DNA of 23,241 bases from Promethearchaeota archaeon (lineage in GTDB: Archaea; Asgardarchaeota; Lokiarchaeia; Sigyniarchaeales; SOKP01): contig JBHLOI010000054.1 of the NCBI GenBank assembly GCA_048940645.1, positions 1 to 23,241 of the forward strand. Direction: 5' to 3'. The position numbers and the translations under genes were made by a program. Within the stretch, counting starts at the first letter, position 1. Every line of letters begins with the position of its first letter. Positions 1 through 9,548 of the stretch are shown here, piece by piece. The notes beneath the pieces are model-generated. The model worked only from the letters and a program-made list of their open reading frames with translations. It was not told the DNA's origin and did no database searches.

Positions 1-2123
1 ATTCCAACACCTCCTCTATATGCATCATATATATAGATTATAGGTTGTTGTTTAATAGGATCAAAATCGATTGAAACTCCTCCCAAATCCCATCTTGAAA
101 TTTGAGTTAAGGCTGGTGTTATTGCTATCATGGCATGTTCAATAGCATGAATTGTCCCTCCTAAATCAAATCCTTCTAATTCTAATTCTTTTTGAAAATC
201 AAATGGTATTGTAAACCAAAATGCTTGAGTTTCAAACTCAATAATTGGAATATCTTCTAAAGGATGGCGAGAAACAATTTCTTGTGTTAATGTGTCTAAA
301 GCTTTATAGGCATAGTATTCATGCTCAACTTTAACATTTCCAAAAAAAGACATAATTTGGTTATTTTCTTTGAGAGGAGTTTGTGATAGTATTTCTAAAG
401 GAGTAATTTCTGTATGCTTTAAAGACTGTGTGTAATAGTCTAATTCGGCTCTTTTAAGATATACTATTCTTTCCCCTAAATCCAGTTCTTCAATAATATA
501 AGTTTCTGCTTCATAAAGGTAAACGGCACCTGGGTGTAAATCTCTAAATACATAGCTCTCATCTTCCACGGTTAAGAGCTCTTCATCACCATGAATTTTT
601 AATATGACCTTATAACTTTTGGATGATAAATCATTTAATCCAAACTTTTCATTTGGAAAGAATCCGCCTCTCCAGTAATACTTATCTCCTCTTTTCATTA
701 AAAGTGATTCTGATACAAGTTCTTCTATACATTGTTTAAAAAAATCTTGATTTTCAACGCCAAAAAGATTGTAATCGTCAAGTTTTACAGGTATCTCTTT
801 AGAGGCACAGCATAAATGATTTTTGAGGATATATTTATTTTTTAACGTAATCAAAACATCTTCTTGAATATTCCCAAATAACTTATTAGGGTTATGAATA
901 TAGAATAAATCAAGAGGATTTTGCATGGGAATGAAAGTAGAAATCGAGAGCTCTGAACCTCTTCCTGAGCGACCTATCTGCTGTTTAAAACTGGAAATTG
1001 TACCTGGAAAACCAGAGCTAATGGTAGCTTCTAAAGAGCCAATGTCTATACCTAACTCTAAAGCATTAGTTGAGCTAATGCCTATAATATCCTTGCTTTT
1101 AAATTTTAGTTCAATTTCTCTTCTTCTTTTTTTACTTATTCCTGCTCTATAGCTAAATATCTTATCTTTTAAATAAGGAAGGGCTTTTCTTGTCCAAATA
1201 GCCTGTAATTCTGCCATCTTTCTTGAAAGCGTAAAAGCTAAGGTTTGAACACCAGTTTTATAAGTTAGATGGGAAATAAATAAGTTTTTAGTTTCTTGGT
1301 GGGGTGATCGGTATTTATTTGAGATGTCATCATATGGTAAGTCCCACAGTATAACTTTTTTAGGACCAGAAGGAGAATCATCTTTATCAACAATTACAAA
1401 TTCTTCTCCGATTAATTTTTCACTGAATTCTTTCGCATTGTGAATTGTGGCACTACATAATATCCAGATTGGTTTTACGTTGTAAGTTTCAAGAATTCTT
1501 TTTAGCCGCCGTATTAATAAAGCAAAATTAGATCCAAAAATCCCTCTATAAATATGGATCTCGTCTAAAACAATGTATTTTAAATTCGTGCATATTCTTC
1601 TCCAGTTTTGTTTAAACCATGGTAAATAAAAATGAAGGCCATAAGGGTTTGTAATTATGACATTGGTATTTGCTAGCACTTTCCTTTTCTCATTTGGTTG
1701 AACATCTCCATCATAAACGCCTACTCTATTTTCTTTAATGTTGGTTTCCGCTAAGGTTTTTTTCAAAACTTCATATTGATCCCTTGCTAATGCCTTGGTC
1801 GGAAAAACATAAATTGCTGTCGCTTTTTCATTATTTAATATTGAATTAAGAACACACAAGTTATAACATAATGATTTTCCTGATGCTGTGGAGGTAACTA
1901 TAACAGTATTTCTTCCTTCCCGAATATAATTTATGGCTTCTGCTTGATGACGCCACAATTTTACATTCTTTGTATCTAACCAACGCTCTAATCTTCTTTT
2001 TAATGGTTTATTTAAATTATCATAACGAGCTTTTAGCTCAGGAATATGCTCAATATGACAAATTTGACCACTATAATAATCTTTGGACTTAATATAATTA
2101 ATAAAGTCATCAAAGTCAAACAT
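1..2123 (-). CDS. DEAD/DEAH-box helicase with C-terminal DUF1998 (MrfA/YprA/Hrq1-like); 3' end lies outside the window
   Basis: Not in the ORF track because it runs off the edge. Manual translation from ATG at 2123: MFDFDDFINYIKSKDYYSGQICHIEHIP...; Q-motif-like LWRHQAEA, Walker A TSTASGKS, YVFPTKALARDQ, Walker B VLDEIH, SAT, ELGIDIG, motif VI QQIGRSGR; DUF1998-type IHAIEHAMI and DLGG...IYIYDAYRGGVG at the window edge. Confidence 0.93.
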   Translation of the reverse strand, partial: MFDFDDFINYIKSKDYYSGQICHIEHIPELKARYDNLNKPLKRRLERWLDTKNVKLWRHQAEAINYIREGRNTVIVTSTASGKSLCYNLCVLNSILNNEKATAIYVFPTKALARDQYEVLKKTLAETNIKENRVGVYDGDVQPNEKRKVLANTNVIITNPYGLHFYLPWFKQNWRRICTNLKYIVLDEIHIYRGIFGSNFALLIRRLKRILETYNVKPIWILCSATIHNAKEFSEKLIGEEFVIVDKDDSPSGPKKVILWDLPYDDISNKYRSPHQETKNLFISHLTYKTGVQTLAFTLSRKMAELQAIWTRKALPYLKDKIFSYRAGISKKRRREIELKFKSKDIIGISSTNALELGIDIGSLEATISSGFPGTISSFKQQIGRSGRGSELSISTFIPMQNPLDLFYIHNPNKLFGNIQEDVLITLKNKYILKNHLCCASKEIPVKLDDYNLFGVENQDFFKQCIEELVSESLLMKRGDKYYWRGGFFPNEKFGLNDLSSKSYKVILKIHGDEELLTVEDESYVFRDLHPGAVYLYEAETYIIEELDLGERIVYLKRAELDYYTQSLKHTEITPLEILSQTPLKENNQIMSFFGNVKVEHEYYAYKALDTLTQEIVSRHPLEDIPIIEFETQAFWFTIPFDFQKELELEGFDLGGTIHAIEHAMIAITPALTQISRWDLGGVSIDFDPIKQQPIIYIYDAYRGGVG

Positions 2124-2292
2124 AAATAGAATCATTTTCAATAATGAATAATATTAATTAAAAATTTCAAAGTGAGTTGATTTATTCATTTTCAAAGAAA
2201 CATCAAATTTAGATGTACTAAAATATAAATAGTTAAACCCTTTAATGAGATCAAACGAATTTTAAAAATAAATATAATTTCAATCTTGACCT

Positions 2293-3300
2293 ATGTCTGA
2301 TTCTGAATGGTATAAAGTAGATTTCCAAGATTTTATCAATAAATTCAGTAAAAATATTGTAATTGATACAGCACCAACTATACTATATTCTAAAAAAGAT
2401 AAAGAACATGAAGCTTATAATGCTTTAATCGCATTTTTCTTTATTTCTGGATTTTTGCTCATCTATATTGCAGTTTCTATGATTTTAATAGAACTTTACT
2501 TCAGTTTAATATTATTCGTGTTAGTTATAATTGTTGCAGCAATAGCTGATGCGATACTAATGTTGATTTATATACGTTCAAATATAGCAATCAAACCACT
2601 TGAAAGTTGGATTGAAATATATGAAAGCATTCCAAAAGGAAATGAAACTTACTACTGTTTTTCCTATTATATAGTTTTTTCAGGAAAATGTATTCCAAAT
2701 AAAGCAAGAAATGTAGTATATAAATTATATCAGGAGAACCTACTTAAGAGTAAGATTGATATTACTCAAATTGAAATCTATTTGAAAAAAAACAGAGAAG
2801 AATCTAATAAATTGGATGTTTTAGGTTACTTTTTTCAATATGGAGAGGGAAAGCCATTCAAAAGCGAGGATATTAATAGAAATTCATGGAAATTTTTTCC
2901 TTATGAAACAAGTTTTAATGAAAATTATTTAGCTATCGCTAATTGGGATCATCAATATGAATGGCGTAATGATCTAGAGCTTGATTACGATAAGTTACAT
3001 GATTATGCTCCTTGGGTAATAACCACGTGGAGTAAAGAAAAGTTAAAACCTTTAACTGACGTTTATAAAAAGTCATTAAATTGGGATTTAAGACAGCTTG
3101 ATTCAGAGCCTAAATTAAAGCCTTGGTTAAGTAATCTAGAAACTCAAACGTATGAAAGCTTTCGAGCATATAAGGATCTTCAATTGATGATTGAAGCAAT
3201 TGAAAATGTAATTGGAAATGATAAAGAACTAAAAAAATTAAAGGATTTAAAAGGATATTTATTAAAAATAAGAGCTTATTTTAGAGATTTAAATTATTAA
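2293..3300 (+). CDS. hypothetical membrane protein (two N-terminal TM helices, soluble C-terminal domain)
   Basis: 335-aa ORF with two long hydrophobic segments at about aa 43-93. No family recognised. Its 3' end overlaps the convergent kinase gene by 20 bp. Confidence 0.8.
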   Translation: MSDSEWYKVDFQDFINKFSKNIVIDTAPTILYSKKDKEHEAYNALIAFFFISGFLLIYIAVSMILIELYFSLILFVLVIIVAAIADAILMLIYIRSNIAIKPLESWIEIYESIPKGNETYYCFSYYIVFSGKCIPNKARNVVYKLYQENLLKSKIDITQIEIYLKKNREESNKLDVLGYFFQYGEGKPFKSEDINRNSWKFFPYETSFNENYLAIANWDHQYEWRNDLELDYDKLHDYAPWVITTWSKEKLKPLTDVYKKSLNWDLRQLDSEPKLKPWLSNLETQTYESFRAYKDLQLMIEAIENVIGNDKELKKLKDLKGYLLKIRAYFRDLNY

Positions 3301-4840
3301 ACATCTTTTTATTGCGCTTATATATTTTAAGAAATTCAGCAAACAACTTGTTGTAAACTTTTCTATTATCAATATTAGGTTGATATGTTTTTTTAATTTT
3401 AATGAGAGAGTTAGCTTCTGCAAAGGTATTGAATAAACCTAAACCAATAAGCGCAATTATCGCAGAACCTCTTATGGCTGATAAGTTAGGATATTCTACC
3501 TGTTTAACTTCTCTATCAGTAATATCAGCTAAAATTTGGCACCAAATATTTGATTTTGCACCCCCTCCTATGAAATTAAGGCTTTTATTAACTCCGATCA
3601 ATTTTTCAACTATAGTTAATGCCCACCTTATATTAAATGCTACTCCTTCATACACTGCCCTTAAAATGTCAGCTCTGTTATGATCCAGGCTTAAATTATA
3701 GAAACCAGCTCTAACATTTGAATCATTTAAGGGACTTCTTTCCCCAAACATCCATGGAGTAAAAATAAGATTTTTTGAACCTGCATTAGTTGTTTCAACC
3801 ATCTCATCCAGATGAGTATAAAGTTGGTTTAAATTTTCTTTATACTCTTCTTTCTCTTTTTGAAACATTTGATCAATAATCCAATTAAGACAAGCAGCAC
3901 CTGTTTCTTGCTTTGATATGCATAAATATTTATCTTGTACTGAACTTATTGAACCCGTATAATTTAAGAGGTCTTTTAATCTCTTATCTGTATGAGAGGC
4001 CACCCAGTCAGCAGTTCCGAGATTTACTATAATCTGATTGTCTTGAGCCCCTGAACCAATTGCAGAGGCTACAAGATCACCTGAACCGACAATAATGGGT
4101 ATATTTGGTTCCAGTCCTAATTCTTGAGCTGATTTTTCTGTTAATTTCCCTGCAATTTCAGTCGACTTATGTATTTCAGGTAGTTTTTCCTTGTCTATTT
4201 TGAACATTTTTAATATCTTATCTGCCCAATAAAAGTTTCCTGGGTTTGAATCCATAAGCCATGAAGTATGCCCCAAATCTCTTGAAGTGATTGCATTTCC
4301 TGTAGTCTTAAATATTACATAATCTTTAACACTAAGAAATTTATAAGTATTTTTGTATATTTCCGGTTCGTTCTCTTTTATCCATAAAATATGAGAGATG
4401 GGATCTTTTCCATTAGTTCCTGGAGCTCCTCCCGTAACTTTAATAAATTTTAATAACTTTCTTAAACCAAATCCAGAAATTTTGATTAAGCCTTTCACTT
4501 TTCTTCTTATTAAGTCAGCAGCTCTTACATCAAGCCAGTTGATGCATTTCATTAATGGTTTTCCTGCATTGTCAATAGGCACCGTACAGTTCATTTGACA
4601 GTCAAATGTAAGTGCTTGAATGTTTTTTAAATTTATTTTACTTTCTTGAATCAAAATTGAATTCACTTTCTTAACTGAATTCCAATAATCTTCGGCTTCT
4701 TGCTCAACACAACCTTTTTTTGGATAATACAAAGGGTATTCCACCTTTGTATGGTTTATAATATTTAGTTTTTTATCTAATAATGCCGCTTCATTTCCAG
4801 TTGTACCTAAATCATAAGCTAAAATATATTTTTCATTCAT
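3281..4840 (-). CDS. FGGY-family carbohydrate kinase (xylulokinase-like)
   Basis: N-terminal YDLGTTG phosphate-1 motif, EQEAEDYW, WLDVRA, GSGD, NLGT, GERSP, EGVAF, GGGAKS..WCQILAD. Confidence 0.92.
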   Translation of the reverse strand: MNEKYILAYDLGTTGNEAALLDKKLNIINHTKVEYPLYYPKKGCVEQEAEDYWNSVKKVNSILIQESKINLKNIQALTFDCQMNCTVPIDNAGKPLMKCINWLDVRAADLIRRKVKGLIKISGFGLRKLLKFIKVTGGAPGTNGKDPISHILWIKENEPEIYKNTYKFLSVKDYVIFKTTGNAITSRDLGHTSWLMDSNPGNFYWADKILKMFKIDKEKLPEIHKSTEIAGKLTEKSAQELGLEPNIPIIVGSGDLVASAIGSGAQDNQIIVNLGTADWVASHTDKRLKDLLNYTGSISSVQDKYLCISKQETGAACLNWIIDQMFQKEKEEYKENLNQLYTHLDEMVETTNAGSKNLIFTPWMFGERSPLNDSNVRAGFYNLSLDHNRADILRAVYEGVAFNIRWALTIVEKLIGVNKSLNFIGGGAKSNIWCQILADITDREVKQVEYPNLSAIRGSAIIALIGLGLFNTFAEANSLIKIKKTYQPNIDNRKVYNKLFAEFLKIYKRNKKMFNNLNL

Positions 4841-5057
4841 GAGATAATACCAATTTTTTATTAATCTATAATTACTTTCTGAAATTATTTATAATTTCTT
4901 CTATGACAAAAACAAAATCTACATAGAATTAGAGCTTTTCTAATTGAATTTAGAAAACTTGATAAAGATTATTGATCATATAATTACTATAAAATTATAA
5001 AACTCATGAGAATATATAGCAAGTAATTAATTTTAGAAAATAGAAAGGAAATCTAAA

Positions 5058-6443
5058 ATGGCGTCGTTAGAAACCATAAATAGGTTAGAAATTGAGACTA
5101 ATAAGATTTTTTATGACAAAAAATCAGAATTATTATCGATATATATTTTTGATTTTGTTTTTATCGGAACTTATAAAAAATCTACTAAAGTAAGTAAAAT
5201 ATTGGATGATCTACATAATTCTTTTGGAAAAATTCCCTTAACTCGTGAAAATATATTTATTGTAGATTTCGTTACATATATGCCAATTAACGAAAATATG
5301 AAATTAAAGAAATTAAATTTATTAACGAAAAAAGAAAAGGAAAGGAAGAAGGAGGAACCTAAAAAAGAAAAGGTAAAAATATCTCCAGAAGAACAAGAAA
5401 GAAAAAAACGCAAGAAAGCTCTAGTAGTTAAGAAAGAGGCAAAAGAAGATGTGGATAAATTCAAGGAAAAGGATGTTGACTTAAGAAGAGATGATTTTGG
5501 GTATGTAGAAGCGGAAGAGGAAGCTTTATTAGAGGATTTTGATGAAGCTGAAGATTATGAAGAAGTTAAAACCGTAGAATCCAAACCTGCCCCATCTGTT
5601 GCACCTCCTCCTCCTCCGGGGGGTCCACTACCTGCCCCGAAAGCCGGGCGTGCAGCTACTCCTGATATGGGTCCTCCCGCTGAGTTTATAAAACGATTAG
5701 AAGAAGCTCCAGCAGATGTAATTCCAGAACCTCCTAAGCCTACTGTATATGAGATTAATATGGGCTTACAGTATTACTCTGTAATGATGGAACAGTCAAG
5801 TTATTTATTCTATGTTTATTTTTCTCATAAAGAATTGAAGATTGTTGATGAAGAGGGCAAGACAGTATTTGAAACAACAATTAGGATTAAAACCATCAAA
5901 AAAGAGCCTCCAATATTAGATTTAAGAGTAGAAGGTGAAGGTTTTGAGGTTCATCCATTATATGGCAAGGTTGAAGTAAAAAAAGATGCAGTAAATCCTC
6001 CAGTAATGATTTTTTCAATACTACCAATTAAAAAGAAAAAGAAAACAAAAAAGGAGAAAAAAGAGGGAGAGCGAAGATATTTACATATTTATATTAACTA
6101 TGAAGAGAAAACCATCAATCATTCGATTCTATCAATAATTGTGCAACCCAAACATTTTCGTTTAGATATTGGACCTATTCATCTAAATATAAGTAAAAGA
6201 ACAGCGGTGATAGTTTCATTTCTTTCTGTAGTAGTCGCAGTCGCATCTTTGGTTTTTACGATCTTTTCTATAGATACTACATCATCATTTGTAGATTTTG
6301 TCAGTAGTTTTGCTCCTGGATTAGGATCAATTCTCTTTGTTACAATCTTTCTAATTACGTTGTTTAAAGAGGGAATTTATCCTCTAAAAGAGAAAATAAG
6401 CTATTTCTTAAATTTCGATAAAACAGGCGTATTAATTAAGTGA
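5058..6443 (+). CDS. hypothetical membrane-anchored protein with Lys/Glu-rich, acidic and polyproline low-complexity linker and two C-terminal TM helices
   Basis: 461-aa ORF; APPPPPGGPLPAP tract; beta-rich globular segment; two hydrophobic helices near the C-terminus. Confidence 0.85.
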   Translation: MASLETINRLEIETNKIFYDKKSELLSIYIFDFVFIGTYKKSTKVSKILDDLHNSFGKIPLTRENIFIVDFVTYMPINENMKLKKLNLLTKKEKERKKEEPKKEKVKISPEEQERKKRKKALVVKKEAKEDVDKFKEKDVDLRRDDFGYVEAEEEALLEDFDEAEDYEEVKTVESKPAPSVAPPPPPGGPLPAPKAGRAATPDMGPPAEFIKRLEEAPADVIPEPPKPTVYEINMGLQYYSVMMEQSSYLFYVYFSHKELKIVDEEGKTVFETTIRIKTIKKEPPILDLRVEGEGFEVHPLYGKVEVKKDAVNPPVMIFSILPIKKKKKTKKEKKEGERRYLHIYINYEEKTINHSILSIIVQPKHFRLDIGPIHLNISKRTAVIVSFLSVVVAVASLVFTIFSIDTTSSFVDFVSSFAPGLGSILFVTIFLITLFKEGIYPLKEKISYFLNFDKTGVLIK

Positions 6444-6455
6444 AGACTTGAACCT

Positions 6456-7367
6456 TCAATTCTTATTTTTTATTTTTTCATTTATATAATTCCAGAACTT
6501 TTTCTTAAATTCACTTAATTCATTTACCTCTTTTAATTTAATAAAATACAAGGGTCGTTTCGCAATAATTGGATGATCTTTAATTTTTAGGATTTTAATC
6601 AATCCAGCTTTTTCGGCCTTATTTGCCATCATTTCGCTCATTATACTGATATAATTAGATTCGCTAACAGCTGTTATGATGGAATCGTTATCATTCATTT
6701 CAAGCTTTATATTTAATTTCTCGTAATCAAGAAACTGACGTTTAAAAATGTCTCTCATTCCAGAACCATGTTCTCTCCATACAAATGGATATTTAGTGAG
6801 TTGATCGAGAGTTATCATATTATCGCCATCTTTTAATAAGTCATGACCGGGAGAACATATAAAACTTAACTTATCTGTCCCTATATGGATATAATCAAAC
6901 TTATCTTTATCATAATTAATAAAACTACCGATTCCACTAAAATCTGCTAAACCTTTTTTTAAATTTTCGATGGAATTTTGAGAGTTATTAATAAGAATTT
7001 TAAAATCAACATTAGGATTCTCATTTCGAAAATCGGTAATAAATTTGGGCAGAACATGCGAACCTGGGATGGAAGAAGCTGAAATTACTATTTCTTCAAA
7101 TTTTTGTACACTAAATTTAGAGAGTTCCTGCTCGCATGAATCATATAAATTAATGATCTTTTTAGCATAACCTAACAATATGATTCCTGCTTCAGTTATC
7201 TCAAACTTTTTTGTAGTTCTTTCAATAAGAAGTACCCCAAAATCTTTTTCTAGTTGAGAAATTTGATGCGATAAAGTACTTTGAGAAATTGGAATATCTT
7301 TTGCTAATTCTGAGAAACTCTTATACTGGGTTAATTTAATAAAGTTCCTGAGATATTCTATATTCAT
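6456..7367 (-). CDS. LysR-family transcriptional regulator (CysL/selenium-metabolism-associated-like substrate-binding domain)
   Basis: HTH signature SFSELAKDIPISQSTLSHQISQLEKDFGVLLIERTT..FEITEAG; ASSIPG..LP and REHGSGMR in the effector domain. Start placed at MNIEYL (7367), the typical LysR N-terminus, rather than the TTG at 7409. Confidence 0.92.
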   Translation of the reverse strand: MNIEYLRNFIKLTQYKSFSELAKDIPISQSTLSHQISQLEKDFGVLLIERTTKKFEITEAGIILLGYAKKIINLYDSCEQELSKFSVQKFEEIVISASSIPGSHVLPKFITDFRNENPNVDFKILINNSQNSIENLKKGLADFSGIGSFINYDKDKFDYIHIGTDKLSFICSPGHDLLKDGDNMITLDQLTKYPFVWREHGSGMRDIFKRQFLDYEKLNIKLEMNDNDSIITAVSESNYISIMSEMMANKAEKAGLIKILKIKDHPIIAKRPLYFIKLKEVNELSEFKKKFWNYINEKIKNKN

Positions 7368-7382
7368 AATTTTTCTGTTCCT

Positions 7383-7410
7383 ATTGATTCTCTTTAAATA
7401 AAAAATCAAT
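7383..7410. promoter_or_regulatory. inverted repeat ATTGATT-N14-AATCAAT enclosing a TATA-like element upstream of lysR
   Basis: Perfect 7-bp arms at 7383-7389 and 7404-7410. The spacer reads TATTTAAA on the minus strand, about 26-33 nt upstream of the lysR ATG. Confidence 0.4.
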
Positions 7411-7537
7411 CATTCAATTAAGAATAACAGTTCACATTATATAATCTTTTTATCTAAAAAATAAATAATTATTTACGAAAAAACTAATAAATCTTAATTA
7501 ATTCAGTATCATAACACCTATATCAAGGTCAAAAACG

Positions 7538-7897
7538 ATGGCTGAAAAAAGTAAAACTTTCACGGTTGTAATTGGTAATGGTGCTTATACGTCGGAAAGA
7601 CCTTTCACTATGTTAAGGTTTGCTTACACTGCCCTTTTGGAAGAACATAAAGTTAATATATTTTTAGTAGAAGACGGAATATTTGTTGGGAAAAAAAATC
7701 AAAACCCTGCTACTTATGATAATGTAGGGAAATGGATGTCAGATGTGATTGAAGAGGGGGCAAAAGTTACAGCATGTGGCGTTTGCATGAAGGCAAGAGG
7801 TATATCTGAGGATGAATTGATAGAAGGTATATCCAAAACATCCATGCATGGATTTGTTAGTATGTGTGCAGAATCTGATCATATTTTATTTAGTTAA
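7538..7897 (+). CDS. DsrE/TusD-family sulfur relay protein
   Basis: 119 aa; AYTSER, IFLVEDGI, conserved ACGVCMKARGI motif. Confidence 0.88.
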   Translation: MAEKSKTFTVVIGNGAYTSERPFTMLRFAYTALLEEHKVNIFLVEDGIFVGKKNQNPATYDNVGKWMSDVIEEGAKVTACGVCMKARGISEDELIEGISKTSMHGFVSMCAESDHILFS

Positions 7898-7919
7898 TAT
7901 TAAAAATTTGGTGAATTAT

Positions 7920-8147
7920 ATGGGGAATAATTATGAATTAAATTGTACTGGCTTAGTGTGCCCTTTACCTGTTGCAAAAACTAAAAGAAAATTGATGGAG
8001 CTTCAGAGTGGTGATATTCTAGAGATTTCTGGAGATTTTGCTGAAGCAGGAGAAAATATCAAACGATATATTGATAAAACTGAAAACCAAATCTTAGCGT
8101 TTGAAATAGAGCGAGAAAATTTCTTTATTAAGATTCAAAAGACTTAA
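7920..8147 (+). CDS. tusA: TusA/SirA-family sulfur carrier protein
   Basis: LNCTGLVCPLPVAKTK (CPxP motif) and SGDILEI; ATG at 7920 is preceded by a GGTGA RBS, so the 7848 start in the ORF track is probably spurious. Confidence 0.88.
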   Translation: MGNNYELNCTGLVCPLPVAKTKRKLMELQSGDILEISGDFAEAGENIKRYIDKTENQILAFEIERENFFIKIQKT

Positions 8148-8185
8148 GTTTCATAAAATAATTTTATTTTTTCTTTAAATTTATT

Positions 8186-9427
8186 TTATTCTTGAATTAC
8201 ATTTTTAATTATCTCTTCCAACTCTTTTTCAGTAACAAACTTTTTAGTGGTTATTTTTAAATGAATCTTATTTAAAATTTCAGGGAGATAATCAACGTAT
8301 TCTCTATAACCCATTTGGTTACATTTTATTTTAATGGCATCTCCATGTAGAGTCGTAGGACCAAAAATAATTTGTTCCTCTTGTCCCACAATTTCTGGAC
8401 GATAAGGAGTAAAACACATCCAATATTTCTCTTTTTTTAAAGCGCTCATTACGTGGAGTTCGCTTTCATGCAAAAATGTATTTCTTCCAACTATAGGTTT
8501 ATTAAAAGGAATAGGTATCCCAGAATAATTTTCAACGAGTTTACTCAACTCATAGAGTTTAGAGAGATCAATACCTGTATCAATACCATATAACATTTCT
8601 AAGGAAACAACGACTTCCTCTAATGATGTATTTCCTGCACGATCACCCAGTTTATTTACTACTAGATCCATAAATGTAGCTCCTTGTTCTACTGCTGCGA
8701 TAGTAGACGCAGTTCCTAAACCAAAGTCATCATGAACATGAATCCCTATTGGGGTATTATTAACAACTGGTTTAATTTTCTTTATCATATATGAAATTGC
8801 AGATACATTACATGCTCCTACGGTGTCATAGAGCATTACCATCTTGACATCATTTTTAACTCCTTTTTCTATTGCCTTTATAAGAATAGATAAATCAGAA
8901 CGGGTTGCGTCCACGCAATCTAATATTGCTTTGCCCCCTAATCGTCTAATTCTTTTTAATACCGTAGGAATTAATGAAATAATAACATCAGGCGTAACTT
9001 TCTTATCTTCTGTGAATAGTCCAAGTTGCCAATCGGTTAAGACAATCCCAAAGCCAATAAAATCGCAATTAGCTTCTAAAGATTTATTAATCTCATCAGT
9101 CCATCTTGAAGGATTTGAACTTAAATGTGAATAAGTTTTCACTTTAATGCCTAATTCTTTAATTCTTTTCGCTAAGTCCCATTGATCTTGTACCTGACCT
9201 ATATATCCACAATCTATATGTTCCACATTTAATTTTTCTAATTTTTCAACAATCTGTATTTTTTCATCAAGAGTATAGAATACTCCAGGAGTTTCCTCAC
9301 CTTCTCTTATTGTTGAATCTCTTACAAAAACTCTTTGAGGGTATTGAAAATTTGCTCGTAAATCATCGAAATAATTTATTGGAGAAACACACCATTTATC
9401 ATTAAACCATTTTGTTCTTTTTTTCAT
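8186..9427 (-). CDS. DRE-TIM metallolyase, homocitrate/isopropylmalate synthase-like, paralogue 1 (no LeuA regulatory domain)
   Basis: RDSTIREGEETPG, DTVG, HVHDDFG metal-binding motif, LGDRAGN..LEEV, NKPIVG.N.FLHES. Start is 9427 or 9448. Confidence 0.88.
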   Translation of the reverse strand: MKKRTKWFNDKWCVSPINYFDDLRANFQYPQRVFVRDSTIREGEETPGVFYTLDEKIQIVEKLEKLNVEHIDCGYIGQVQDQWDLAKRIKELGIKVKTYSHLSSNPSRWTDEINKSLEANCDFIGFGIVLTDWQLGLFTEDKKVTPDVIISLIPTVLKRIRRLGGKAILDCVDATRSDLSILIKAIEKGVKNDVKMVMLYDTVGACNVSAISYMIKKIKPVVNNTPIGIHVHDDFGLGTASTIAAVEQGATFMDLVVNKLGDRAGNTSLEEVVVSLEMLYGIDTGIDLSKLYELSKLVENYSGIPIPFNKPIVGRNTFLHESELHVMSALKKEKYWMCFTPYRPEIVGQEEQIIFGPTTLHGDAIKIKCNQMGYREYVDYLPEILNKIHLKITTKKFVTEKELEEIIKNVIQE

Positions 9428-9548
9428 AAGATAAAGCCTTTTTATCATTAATCTGATTTTGTAATAAATGATTTGATATATATCTTTTCAAATTAAAAAT
9501 TTAAATAGATTAACACCATATAATTAAATTAAAATTTTATCTTGAAAG

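Noticed and set aside
1-2123. DUF1998 helicase as part of a DISARM/Druantia-like defence system
   Set aside because: It looks like a single-chain MrfA/Hrq1-type repair helicase; no methylase or other defence gene is in the window, though its downstream side is not visible.
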